DNA of 64,000 nucleotides, taken from the sequence record MN342150, one strand, 5' to 3'. Positions 10,501 to 18,302 of this stretch are shown here, one piece after another (position 1 is the stretch's first letter; the number at the start of each line of letters is the position of its first letter). The position numbers and the translations under genes are program-made. The notes under the pieces were generated by a model that had not been told where the DNA came from, ran no database searches, and was given only the letters and a program-made list of their open reading frames with translations. The stretch comes from Escherichia phage vB_EcoM_3HA11.

Positions 10501-12366
10501 ACATATACATACACGGACAAAACAACCACGACCATGACTGGTGAACAGATTGTGGAGACGCAAGTTATCCCATACATGCGCGAGATCGATATTTCTTTCG
10601 ACGCATCTGGACTGCGACCTTTCACTCGTATGTATGCGTTCTTCTCTGGTCGTGACGTCAATCTGTATTGCAAACCGAATGGTGGTAATTTCGGTGACCC
10701 AATCACCACTGATGCCAATGGTGCTGTTAAAGGTGTATTCCGCGTTCCACAGAACGATACAATCAAGTTCAACACAGGCGACAACGTGTTCCGCTTAACG
10801 GATAGCCCTGTTGACAGTAAATCTGCGGATGATACACTGACCAATGCAGAAATTGTTCATAAATCTTTCGGTAAGAAACAAGGTATTCAAAAGACCTTTG
10901 TCAACACTCGTGTCCTGGGTTACACTGCCAGTACTCGCACCGAAACCAGCACTTCTGAAGTTGTGGTCGACCAATGGCGTGATCCGATTGCCCAATCGTT
11001 TATGGTAGCGACTAAGAATGGCGGCGAGTATATCGAAGGCGTGGAAGTATTCTTCTCTACCAAGTCACGTGATGTTCCGATCACTCTGGAAATTCGCGAG
11101 ATGGAGAATGGCTTACCTTCTCATACAGTCATTACTCGTAAAACTTTGAACCCGTCTGAAGTGACGATCTCTACAGACTCTTCCGGCGGTACGAAGTTCA
11201 CCTTTGATTATCCGGTGTATCTGCAAGCATCGACTGAGTTTGCTATCGTTTTGTTGGCGAATACCCAGGATTACAACGCGTATATCGCGGAAATGGGCAA
11301 GAAAAACCTTCTGTCCAACGAATATATCGCCAAACAACCGTATACAGGGGTGTTCTTCACTTCTTCAAACGGTTCTACATGGTCTCCAAACCAAATGGCT
11401 GATATGAAATTCCGCATATATCGTTGTAACTTCGCTGCGGGACAGAACGTTGTAACATTTGATTCGAAGCTCGGGCCAAAACAACGTCCGTTGGGATTGA
11501 ATACTCTGAACTGCGTGAGTGGGTCTTCTGTTGTGACTGTGTTTGCACCTGGTCATGGTTTGGTTGCTGGGAACAATGTTACTCTTTCTGAATTGACAGG
11601 TGGTTGTGGCTTTACTCCTGAACAACTTAACAAAACGTTTACTGTGACAGATGCGAGCTATACTTCATTCAAGATTGATGTTGGCGCAGCAGCAGACAGC
11701 AACGGTCAGATTGGTGGCGACAACGCATCTTTCTTGGGAAATTATCTGGTTGATATGTTCTATGCCAGCGTTACCAATTCGGCTCTGGAAGGTTCAATAT
11801 TGAAACTGGAATATCGTTACCGCGATGCCACTTCAAACTCCATGTCGGATTGGGCTGAATTTGAAACTGATACTGATGTTGCTCTGCCGACTGAAGGTAT
11901 CTATCGCCAGGTTGGTGACTTCCAGATTCGTGCTACTATGACTCGTAGTGAAAACAACGTGTACACAGCACCGATGATTGATGGTGATGACCTAAGTGTA
12001 ATCTTCAACTCTTATGGCGTAGATCCTTTTGAAGACGTTTTCAAATATGTCACAAAGGACATTGGTTTCGATAACCCATGTTCGACTGTGAAACTGTTCT
12101 TCGGGGCGATGCTGCCTTCTCAATCCTCCATGAAGGTGCAGGTAAAACTGCTCCGAGCAGGGCAAGAGATGGATAGCGTGGATTGGGAAGACGTTACTCC
12201 AACTTCGCCTCTGGTTAACGACGGTTCTACATTCTTTGAATATGAGTATGATAAGACTGTGGCAAGCAACAATCCGTTCGTTGGACTGAAAGTCAGAGCA
12301 CTTGTAAGGGGGAACCGAGTTGCTCCTCCTTCATTCAAAGACTTCCGTCTTATTGCTCTGGCATAA
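7528..12366 (+). CDS. Large virion structural protein (1612 aa), probably tail fibre or baseplate associated
   Basis: Long uninterrupted ORF between the tailspike genes and the neck genes; Ser/Thr/Gly-rich; internal repeat of motif FKDFRLI (mid-protein and C-terminus); no enzymatic motif recognised. Confidence 0.4.
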   Translation: MQSTNLNRRPYWDDWNPGKRFSRILFRPMPIKVQTRELNQMQTILQDQIEKLGNHLFKDGSMVIPGGLTITNAAVSLKFTLAGGTEFTDLEGISELYVLGKDNNAKARVLSLERDLSAPDTMLAILEMTEAGNADGFHVNDNLYFQTYDVNDNFIRIGYGIAAAVTGSIVARMTKGVYFIRGMFLDVDDATLIVDKTSNTSSHRVGFKVTETIVTESEDESLYSNAQGTINSKAPGAHRLRIDLVLSRFDYDAVVEDFVELAKVRDGKIQSMVTQSTYNILEDTLAQRTYETNGDYNVSTHQIDIREHLKVNNNGGVFNAADGGDESKFVSVMKPGISYVRGRRIENVGEELVIVDKARDTDVLNNTPVAVATGNYLVTKNSKGVPVISRTVRYKLLNASGAAQATALCISAERNSTEFRLYMRDLVVTGDASTITKVSYEESGITMFSAELESNQFNQSSMVDLIFSLPVFGVKTLAPTGSVDINYTVLRTYKVTLDNSGSGSISAPLGYSFSPEFSLYSSAKSDGSEAQFDISGSLSLTGSPVGSALQISLGSGNANQSINLLALMIRTTATIKTKTITETTESVTFTSQTSRPLANHDGWKLVSVKNDTGADVTSSFTLDGGQRDAGYYKANLLSTAGAISGTYTVVYQYFAHSSGDFFSADSYTSMDYKDIPNYTSSTSGAVYGLADSLDFRPKITNGTSDTDMVRPNTAVILDTEYYLPRIDAIYLADNGVFGVARGISSNNLASPAIPANAMRLYELLIPPYTPNIDDIQIRTIDNRRYTMRDIGKLETRISNVEYYTSLSQLESSAMTQQVFDPITGNPRFKNGIAADPFKDFRLIDDLSEDWMGSIDTENGRLRPFVQQNVVDMTPVGWNKVMDGMVVCNYTPEISVNQEYATTTINVNPYAVFNWEGFLKINPTTDYWFENYYVAPRIINETINTRGTVQEGSVYGTWRTVSVSDRVWEPHGAGGVWWGYRYRTTVSARDVTTYTYTDKTTTTMTGEQIVETQVIPYMREIDISFDASGLRPFTRMYAFFSGRDVNLYCKPNGGNFGDPITTDANGAVKGVFRVPQNDTIKFNTGDNVFRLTDSPVDSKSADDTLTNAEIVHKSFGKKQGIQKTFVNTRVLGYTASTRTETSTSEVVVDQWRDPIAQSFMVATKNGGEYIEGVEVFFSTKSRDVPITLEIREMENGLPSHTVITRKTLNPSEVTISTDSSGGTKFTFDYPVYLQASTEFAIVLLANTQDYNAYIAEMGKKNLLSNEYIAKQPYTGVFFTSSNGSTWSPNQMADMKFRIYRCNFAAGQNVVTFDSKLGPKQRPLGLNTLNCVSGSSVVTVFAPGHGLVAGNNVTLSELTGGCGFTPEQLNKTFTVTDASYTSFKIDVGAAADSNGQIGGDNASFLGNYLVDMFYASVTNSALEGSILKLEYRYRDATSNSMSDWAEFETDTDVALPTEGIYRQVGDFQIRATMTRSENNVYTAPMIDGDDLSVIFNSYGVDPFEDVFKYVTKDIGFDNPCSTVKLFFGAMLPSQSSMKVQVKLLRAGQEMDSVDWEDVTPTSPLVNDGSTFFEYEYDKTVASNNPFVGLKVRALVRGNRVAPPSFKDFRLIALA

Positions 12367-12418
12367 ATAATGTTGAAAGGTGGGCGTAAAGCCCACCAAA
12401 CCAATAGAGGATAAAAAT

Positions 12419-12667
12419 ATGCGTGGAATGAAAGTACAGGGGCACGCATCCATGTTGAGAAGCAGTTCTTGCCCTGGCGCGATTATTTGCACCGATCACG
12501 CCGCTGGTATGGCTGCATTGCAAGCCCGTCAACGCAATGAAACCCGTGAAGCCACCATTGTTGAACAATCAAACCAGATATCTAATCTGGAGGCAACAAT
12601 CAAAATGATGGCCGAAAAGTTGGGGATTGAAATCCCCGAAGGAGGTCAGAATGGCGACGCAAGCTGA
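12419..12667 (+). CDS. Hypothetical protein
   Basis: Small ORF, start placed at internal ATG after an AGAGGA ribosome-binding site. Confidence 0.3.
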   Translation: MRGMKVQGHASMLRSSSCPGAIICTDHAAGMAALQARQRNETREATIVEQSNQISNLEATIKMMAEKLGIEIPEGGQNGDAS

Positions 12668-12992
12668 AAGAACGGGGCTTGACATCCGTGGTATCTTAAC
12701 CGCTGTCGTGGCTTCTGCATTGGTCTCTGCGGCATCATTCCTTTGGTTCATGGGCGGGATGGAAACGCGCGTGAATGTATTGGAACGAGATTCCAACAAG
12801 ATGGATCAAGTTCTTCAGAAAGTGAATGACATGAGTGAACGTATGGCGATCATGAATACTGACCTCGCATATGTCAAACAAAACATGGCTGAGTTAAAAC
12901 TCAATAGTAGCAGTCTTTCAGATGATGTTCGCACACTGCGGATTACTGTATCTGATTTGCAGCAAAAGGGGAATAACAATGGCCGTCAATAA
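12651..12992 (+). CDS. Hypothetical membrane-anchored coiled-coil protein
   Basis: Start after GGAGG; hydrophobic segment ILTAVVASALVSAASFLWF followed by heptad-like region. Confidence 0.35.
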   Translation: MATQAERTGLDIRGILTAVVASALVSAASFLWFMGGMETRVNVLERDSNKMDQVLQKVNDMSERMAIMNTDLAYVKQNMAELKLNSSSLSDDVRTLRITVSDLQQKGNNNGRQ

Positions 12993-13731
12993 GATTCGAG
13001 ACAAAAAATCTTTTATGAATTATGTCTTGCGTAAATTGGGCGCTCCTGTGATCCAAATTAACCTTGACAGTTCACAAGTCGAAGATGCAGTCGATGATGC
13101 TCTGCAGAAATTTTGGGAATATCATCGTGATGGTAGCCAAGATGCGTTCTTCCTGTACCAAGTTAAACAAGAAGATATCGACAAAGGATATATAGAATTT
13201 CCCGATGATATTGACGATGTGATTGAAGTTATCCCTGGACCTCCTATTGAGTCAATCGGAAACTGGGCAACTCCTCAATGGCAAATGGCTCAAGCAATGC
13301 TTGTCCCCAAAGCAGCGCTGGTTTCTATTCGTCTCATTGATTATGTTTCCATGCAACAACGCCTGTCGGATATCACAAGCGTCTTAAATGTTCGCCGTAA
13401 TTTTGTGTACAAGAAGTTCCAGCGACGCCTTTACCCGCAGTTTGCTGCCATTGTTGATGAAACCCTGGCTTTTCGTTGTTATCAAAATATCGATCCTGAA
13501 TCAGAAGAAAACGCTGAAGCATGGAATGATATGTGGCTGAAAGCATATGCAACCGCTCTCGTCAAACGGCGTTGGGCAGAAGTGCTTAAGAAGGCAAGAG
13601 GCATCCGTCTCCCAGGTGGTATCGAATTGGATGGTGATAGTATGTTCAGTGAGGCCGAGACCGAGATAGAGCGGTTGGAGGAAGAATTGCGTACTGGTCA
13701 GCAATACCCCATTGATTTCATGATGGGATAA
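12979..13731 (+). CDS. Neck protein, T4 gp13-like
   Basis: N-terminus (..VLRKLGAPVIQINLD..Q.EDAVDDALQKFWEYHRDG) resembles recalled T4 gp13 N-terminus (..[35 protein letters not shown]); position upstream of gp14/gp15/terminase as in T4. Confidence 0.65.
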   Translation: MAVNKIRDKKSFMNYVLRKLGAPVIQINLDSSQVEDAVDDALQKFWEYHRDGSQDAFFLYQVKQEDIDKGYIEFPDDIDDVIEVIPGPPIESIGNWATPQWQMAQAMLVPKAALVSIRLIDYVSMQQRLSDITSVLNVRRNFVYKKFQRRLYPQFAAIVDETLAFRCYQNIDPESEENAEAWNDMWLKAYATALVKRRWAEVLKKARGIRLPGGIELDGDSMFSEAETEIERLEEELRTGQQYPIDFMMG

Positions 13732-13734
13732 GAG

Positions 13735-13762
13735 AAGGCGGGATAACCCGCCTTTCTTTTTA
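13735..13762. terminator. Bidirectional-looking terminator hairpin (aaggcggg-ataa-cccgcctt + tcttttt)
   Basis: 8-bp stem, 4-nt loop, T-tract; lies between the + gene ending 13731 and the - ORF ending 13760. Confidence 0.6.
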
Positions 13763-13972
13763 TAACTTGATGTCGCGTCCGGAAGGATCTGAATTTGCTA
13801 GAATATAACCATCAACCACGTTCTTTTCGTCCCACCATTCAATAAAATCATTTCCCTTTTCGCCTTTGATAAGACCCACAATGTTATATGAATCATCGGC
13901 GATTTTAGCGTCTACACAGATAATTCTCACACGCCTTCCGTCACGAGTTTCTTTAATATCTTCAACCTTCAT
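13760..13972 (-). CDS. Hypothetical small protein on the opposite strand
   Basis: 70-aa ORF filling a 300-bp gap between gp13 and gp14; no recognisable motif. Confidence 0.3.
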   Translation of the reverse strand: MKVEDIKETRDGRRVRIICVDAKIADDSYNIVGLIKGEKGNDFIEWWDEKNVVDGYILANSDPSGRDIKL

Positions 13973-14003
13973 TTATCAATTCCTCAAAAGAATTAATGAT
14001 TGA

Positions 14004-14011
14004 CTAAATAC
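14004..14011 (+). promoter_or_regulatory. Late-promoter-like box CTAAATAC
   Basis: 23 nt upstream of the ATG at 14034; followed by imperfect inverted repeat taccttc..gagggta. Confidence 0.4.
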
Positions 14012-14033
14012 CTTCAAAATTGAGGGTAAAGTC

Positions 14034-14675
14034 ATGGCTACTTCAAAATATTTCAACTATACAGCACACCAAGGTACTCAGAAATTAATTGACGACTTGG
14101 TGGTCGAGATGATACAACTACGTGGGATTGACGTCAAGTATATTCCACGTTCCATCGTTGAAAAATACCCAATTTTAAACGAGGCTGAACATAAATTCGA
14201 CCAGGCGTTCGATATCGAAGTATACATGCAAGATTACCAAGGCTTTAACACCCAAATGTGGGAGAAGTTTGGCGGTATTCAATTACAAGATGAAGTGACG
14301 TTCACCATTGCTCGTCGCCGTTTTTCGGAAGTGATTGGTAATGGGCCAGGACTTGAGCAGATGCCTCAAGAAGGTGATTTGATATACCTCCCAATGGCGA
14401 ACAAGATATTCAAAGTGAATAACCCGAATAACGACGAAGAATTTATGCAATTCGGTAAATGGTACACATATTCCTTACCGTGCACGTTGTTTCAATATGG
14501 TAATGAAGATTTTGATACTGGTGTATCTGAAATTGACGACATCGATAAACGTTTACAAGATCTAGACGGCGATGGTGTCTATAAAGATGCCAGTCTACAG
14601 ACAGATAACCAATTTGCGGACGAAATAGAGAAAGATCTTTCGCCCAATAAAATGAAGATAGACTTCGGGGAATAA
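14034..14675 (+). CDS. Neck protein, T4 gp14-like
   Basis: 213 aa; segment ..DDLVVEMIQLRGIDVKYIPR.. resembles recalled T4 gp14 (..[21 protein letters not shown]..); gene order. Confidence 0.6.
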   Translation: MATSKYFNYTAHQGTQKLIDDLVVEMIQLRGIDVKYIPRSIVEKYPILNEAEHKFDQAFDIEVYMQDYQGFNTQMWEKFGGIQLQDEVTFTIARRRFSEVIGNGPGLEQMPQEGDLIYLPMANKIFKVNNPNNDEEFMQFGKWYTYSLPCTLFQYGNEDFDTGVSEIDDIDKRLQDLDGDGVYKDASLQTDNQFADEIEKDLSPNKMKIDFGE

Positions 14676-14677
14676 TC

Positions 14678-15376
14678 ATGGCCAGACCATTTGAAAAATA
14701 TTTCTACCATGAATCGTTGTTGAAATACATTCATGTCTTCAACGCTATCATGTCAGATTTAAAAGTCAAAACCGAACGTGGCTTGATGGAAATCCCGCTG
14801 CATATGGCTATTGGCCGTCGCAATGACCTCAACAGGAACGTACCAGCTAATATGCTGCCATTTGCAACAATGTCCTTCGGTCAATTCGAAATTAATAAAC
14901 AAGTGACCAAGTCGTATCATAATCAGATATCGACTGCAACTGCGCGGTCCAAACAACGAATTCCGATCATTATAGATTTTGAATATAACATCAGAACGAA
15001 GAAACTGGTCGAAATGCTACAGGTGTTGGAACAAATTTATTCTGTGTTCACTCCTTCCATTGATTGTCAGATAAAAGACAACGATACGTTATCTCAAGAT
15101 CAAAACGTAAAGATCATGTTGACATCCCATACCATTTCCGATAACTGGGAAGGGGATGCCGCTGAATCACCCCATATAGATTGCACCTTTAATTTTCAAT
15201 TACATGGACACATTTATGGCGAAGATTATTGGGTCGATGATGGCTCTGGCGGTGGTGATCCGAACGTTATCAAAGAGATAATTATTGAAATGTCTAATGA
15301 TTTGAACATGCCATGGTCGGAACTTCCTGAGTGGTTCCGAGTTGATAAAGACGGCATACATCATCCGGAGGATTGA
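14678..15376 (+). CDS. Tail sheath stabiliser / tail completion protein, gp15-like
   Basis: 232 aa; position between gp14 and terminase small subunit as in T4; assignment mainly by synteny. Confidence 0.5.
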   Translation: MARPFEKYFYHESLLKYIHVFNAIMSDLKVKTERGLMEIPLHMAIGRRNDLNRNVPANMLPFATMSFGQFEINKQVTKSYHNQISTATARSKQRIPIIIDFEYNIRTKKLVEMLQVLEQIYSVFTPSIDCQIKDNDTLSQDQNVKIMLTSHTISDNWEGDAAESPHIDCTFNFQLHGHIYGEDYWVDDGSGGGDPNVIKEIIIEMSNDLNMPWSELPEWFRVDKDGIHHPED

Positions 15377-15378
15377 TC

Positions 15379-16059
15379 ATGAGCAATATGTCAGAAAGGT
15401 TACTCGCTACGCTTGATGCGGTGACCGCCCGAGACGAAGTTGGGAAGGAGGCGATGGAGGCTGTCGCCCCTCGTCCAGGTATTGACTTCGATGAAAATAC
15501 AGGTGAATGGTTTGGTGAACGTCCGGAAGGGTATCAGCCGATTCCTGAACCGCCTTCATTGGAGGATATTGCTTCCAAGGAATCCAAAGTACCTGAGTTT
15601 GCGGATACTGATGCTACAACGGATTACAAACGGATACGCGACACAACATATGCCATGCAAGAAGCCACAATGTTCATGATGGGACAAGCCGCTAAATTGG
15701 CTGCATCCACAGAAGCTCCGCGAGCATTTTCCGTGTTTCGTGAATTGGGCGAACTCATGCGCGGCCTGAACAAAGACCTGATGGAAAACCAAAAAACCAT
15801 CAAAGCTGTGACAGGGGATAAAGAACCGCCGACTGATGACACGACAGTGGATGTTACCACTTCACCCGACGGGACCACAACAGTATCTGTTGGGAAAAAG
15901 GCGAGATCTTCGCGCGATTTATTGAAGACGATCGAAGATGCACGCCGCCGCGCTGAAGAAAGAGCACAAGCAAAGGCCGCACAACAACCAGAAGATGAAA
16001 TCATTGATGGTGAAACAGTTGACGTGAAGGAAGAAGACGATGGCGTATCAGAAGCGTGA
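15379..16059 (+). CDS. Terminase small subunit (gp16-like)
   Basis: ATG after GGAGGA; immediately upstream of and overlapping the large terminase gene; assignment by synteny. Confidence 0.5.
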   Translation: MSNMSERLLATLDAVTARDEVGKEAMEAVAPRPGIDFDENTGEWFGERPEGYQPIPEPPSLEDIASKESKVPEFADTDATTDYKRIRDTTYAMQEATMFMMGQAAKLAASTEAPRAFSVFRELGELMRGLNKDLMENQKTIKAVTGDKEPPTDDTTVDVTTSPDGTTTVSVGKKARSSRDLLKTIEDARRRAEERAQAKAAQQPEDEIIDGETVDVKEEDDGVSEA

Positions 16060-18250
16060 TATAGAATATGCCCCAATTAAAACGGGGTTCAAAATAGACG
16101 ATGTGAAATTGCGTATGGACCAAACGTTCATGCGCAAACCTTCTGTGCGTGCTCCTCGAGTCGAGTTAATGCTGACAGATGAACAAGAAGACGAATTCGT
16201 TGAATGTTCTATGGATGCACACTACTTCGCCGCCAACTATTACAAGATAACCACGATCGATAAAGGCTTTATCCTTTTCGATATGCATGATTATCAGAAA
16301 CAATTGTTCCATGACTTTCAGGACTATCGATTCAATGCGGTCGTCCAGGCTCGTCAGTCCGGTAAATGCGTCCGTGGTGATACTCTTGTTTATGTCTATG
16401 ATACAATCAGTCAACAAGAGTTGCATCTCACCATAGAAGAGCTTCACAAGCGCTTCGAAGGACCGAACCATGCTGTGCCACTGAATACCATTGGCAACCA
16501 CAATAAGTTTGTAGACAGCCGTTTCGGGAAACGATATTTTGTTGAGTCCGACACTGGCTGGGTTCCGGTTATTGCCGCTCATAAAACGAAAGAATACGCT
16601 GAATACGTGGTCAGGACTGAAACCGGACGCACAATTCATGTCGCAGATGAGCACATGTTCTTCAATGAATATGGGCGCGAAGTATTTGCTAAAGACATGG
16701 AGGCTGGAGATGCCATAATGACCCAGGAGGGAATAGAATTCATCTCTGAGATCTGGGAGACTGGTGAGTACCACCACATGTATGACTTGCAAGTCAAGTC
16801 CAGCGATCAACGTTATTACACGAATGGGTTCCTCAGCCATAATACCACGGTCGTGGCTGCGTTTCTTCTTTGGTATGCGATGTTCCACTCAGACAAAGAA
16901 ATCGCGGTACTGGCAAACAAAGAGAAACAAGCGATTGAAATTCTTGACCGTATCAGGAAGGCGTATCAGGACCTCCCATTCTTCCTTCAGCAGGGTTGTG
17001 AGAAGTTTGGTTCTACACTGATAGAGTTTGAGAACGGCTCTAAGATATATGCTTATGCAACGTCTTCGGACTCTATTCGTGGTCGTTCTGTATCTCTCTT
17101 GTACGTGGACGAAGTCGCATTCATCGAAAATGACTTTGAATTTTGGGAATCAACATTCCCAGCGATCGCATCTGCTGATACTTCACGTTGTATTCTGACC
17201 AGTACTCCGAAAGGCCAGCGAGGGTTGTTCTATGATATCGTCACCAAAGCAGACCCGCGCCATCCACAATACAACGATTTCCATCTTACCGAAGTCCCTT
17301 GGTACAAGGTTCCGGCGTACACCAAAGACCCTGATTGGGAAACCAAACAACGCGCTCGTCTGGGGGATGCCCGTTTTGACCAGGAATTTGGAATCAAGTT
17401 CCGTGGTTCTGTAGGTTCATTGATACCAGCCAAATGCTTGGATAAAATGACATCCAAGTTATATCGAGAGCCTAATGAGTTCACCAAAATTTACAAGGAA
17501 TATGACCCGCAACGCATCTACTTCGGGATCGCAGATACGGGGAAAGGTGTTGAAGGAGATTATTCGGTTCTGACAATTCTGGATATAACGGAATACCCGC
17601 ATGTCATAGCGGCCAAGTACAGGAACAATACAATACCTCCGATGATGTATGCATACACGATAGCTGATATGTGTACTGAATACGGGGAGTGTCCAGTCCT
17701 TGTAGAAACCAACAACGACGTTGGTGGACAGGTTATTACAATCTTGTATCAAGAAATTGAGTATCCAGAGATTATATTCACGTCGACGGATAACAAAGGG
17801 ACAGGGAAACGGATTGGTGGTCGTAAACCAGAGCCAGGCATTAACACCAACAGGAAAGTGCGATCTATTGGTTGTGCTAACCTGAAAGCGCTTATTGAGA
17901 AAGAAATGTTGGTGATTGAAGATCAAGACACGATAGATGAACTCAGCACATTCGTGTTCCGTGGTGCGCGTTATGAAGCAGATGATGGTTGTCACGACGA
18001 CTGCGTTATGCCGTTGGTATTATATTCTTGGGCAGTTAAACAAGAATGGTTCAGTGATCTGACTTCTACCAGTATTTCTCAAGACATGAGAAATAGAATG
18101 TCTTCGACTGAGTCACAACAAGTATTCCCATTTGGTGGTTTAGTCGTGGGAGACACTCCATCTGGAACTGAGCATCTCCCTGGGTTCGGTGGTGTTCAAG
18201 TCTTCGACGAACGTTCAGGGATGACAATGGACGAGTGGTTTAAGAATTGA
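16040..18250 (+). CDS. Terminase large subunit (gp17-like), intein-containing
   Basis: Walker A split as ..ARQSGK | intein | TTVVAAFLLWY..; joined extein gives QSGKTT P-loop like T4 gp17; ~577 aa after excision. Confidence 0.9.
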   Translation: MAYQKRDIEYAPIKTGFKIDDVKLRMDQTFMRKPSVRAPRVELMLTDEQEDEFVECSMDAHYFAANYYKITTIDKGFILFDMHDYQKQLFHDFQDYRFNAVVQARQSGKCVRGDTLVYVYDTISQQELHLTIEELHKRFEGPNHAVPLNTIGNHNKFVDSRFGKRYFVESDTGWVPVIAAHKTKEYAEYVVRTETGRTIHVADEHMFFNEYGREVFAKDMEAGDAIMTQEGIEFISEIWETGEYHHMYDLQVKSSDQRYYTNGFLSHNTTVVAAFLLWYAMFHSDKEIAVLANKEKQAIEILDRIRKAYQDLPFFLQQGCEKFGSTLIEFENGSKIYAYATSSDSIRGRSVSLLYVDEVAFIENDFEFWESTFPAIASADTSRCILTSTPKGQRGLFYDIVTKADPRHPQYNDFHLTEVPWYKVPAYTKDPDWETKQRARLGDARFDQEFGIKFRGSVGSLIPAKCLDKMTSKLYREPNEFTKIYKEYDPQRIYFGIADTGKGVEGDYSVLTILDITEYPHVIAAKYRNNTIPPMMYAYTIADMCTEYGECPVLVETNNDVGGQVITILYQEIEYPEIIFTSTDNKGTGKRIGGRKPEPGINTNRKVRSIGCANLKALIEKEMLVIEDQDTIDELSTFVFRGARYEADDGCHDDCVMPLVLYSWAVKQEWFSDLTSTSISQDMRNRMSSTESQQVFPFGGLVVGDTPSGTEHLPGFGGVQVFDERSGMTMDEWFKN
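16367..16843 (+). mobile_element. Mini-intein (159 aa) inserted in the terminase P-loop
   Basis: Begins with Cys (CVRGDTLV), contains block-B-like TIHV, ends ..YDLQV....NGFLSHN followed by +1 Thr; no homing endonuclease domain. Confidence 0.8.
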
Positions 18251-18253
18251 TCA

Positions 18254-18261
18254 CTAAATAT
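18254..18261 (+). promoter_or_regulatory. Late-promoter-like box CTAAATAT
   Basis: 42 nt upstream of the tail sheath ATG at 18303. Confidence 0.4.
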
Positions 18262-18302
18262 CTTTCAAATTGAGCGAAACTCTACCGAGAAGGAATAACA
18301 TT

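Noticed and set aside
12378-12396. Hairpin ggtgggc-gtaaa-gcccacc after the 1612-aa gene as a terminator
   Set aside because: No T-tract follows (aaaccaat), so it was not called a rho-independent terminator; may be an RNA stability element
16166-16888. 240-aa - strand ORF inside the large terminase gene
   Set aside because: Fully embedded antisense to a strongly supported gene with recognisable motifs; typical antisense ORF artefact
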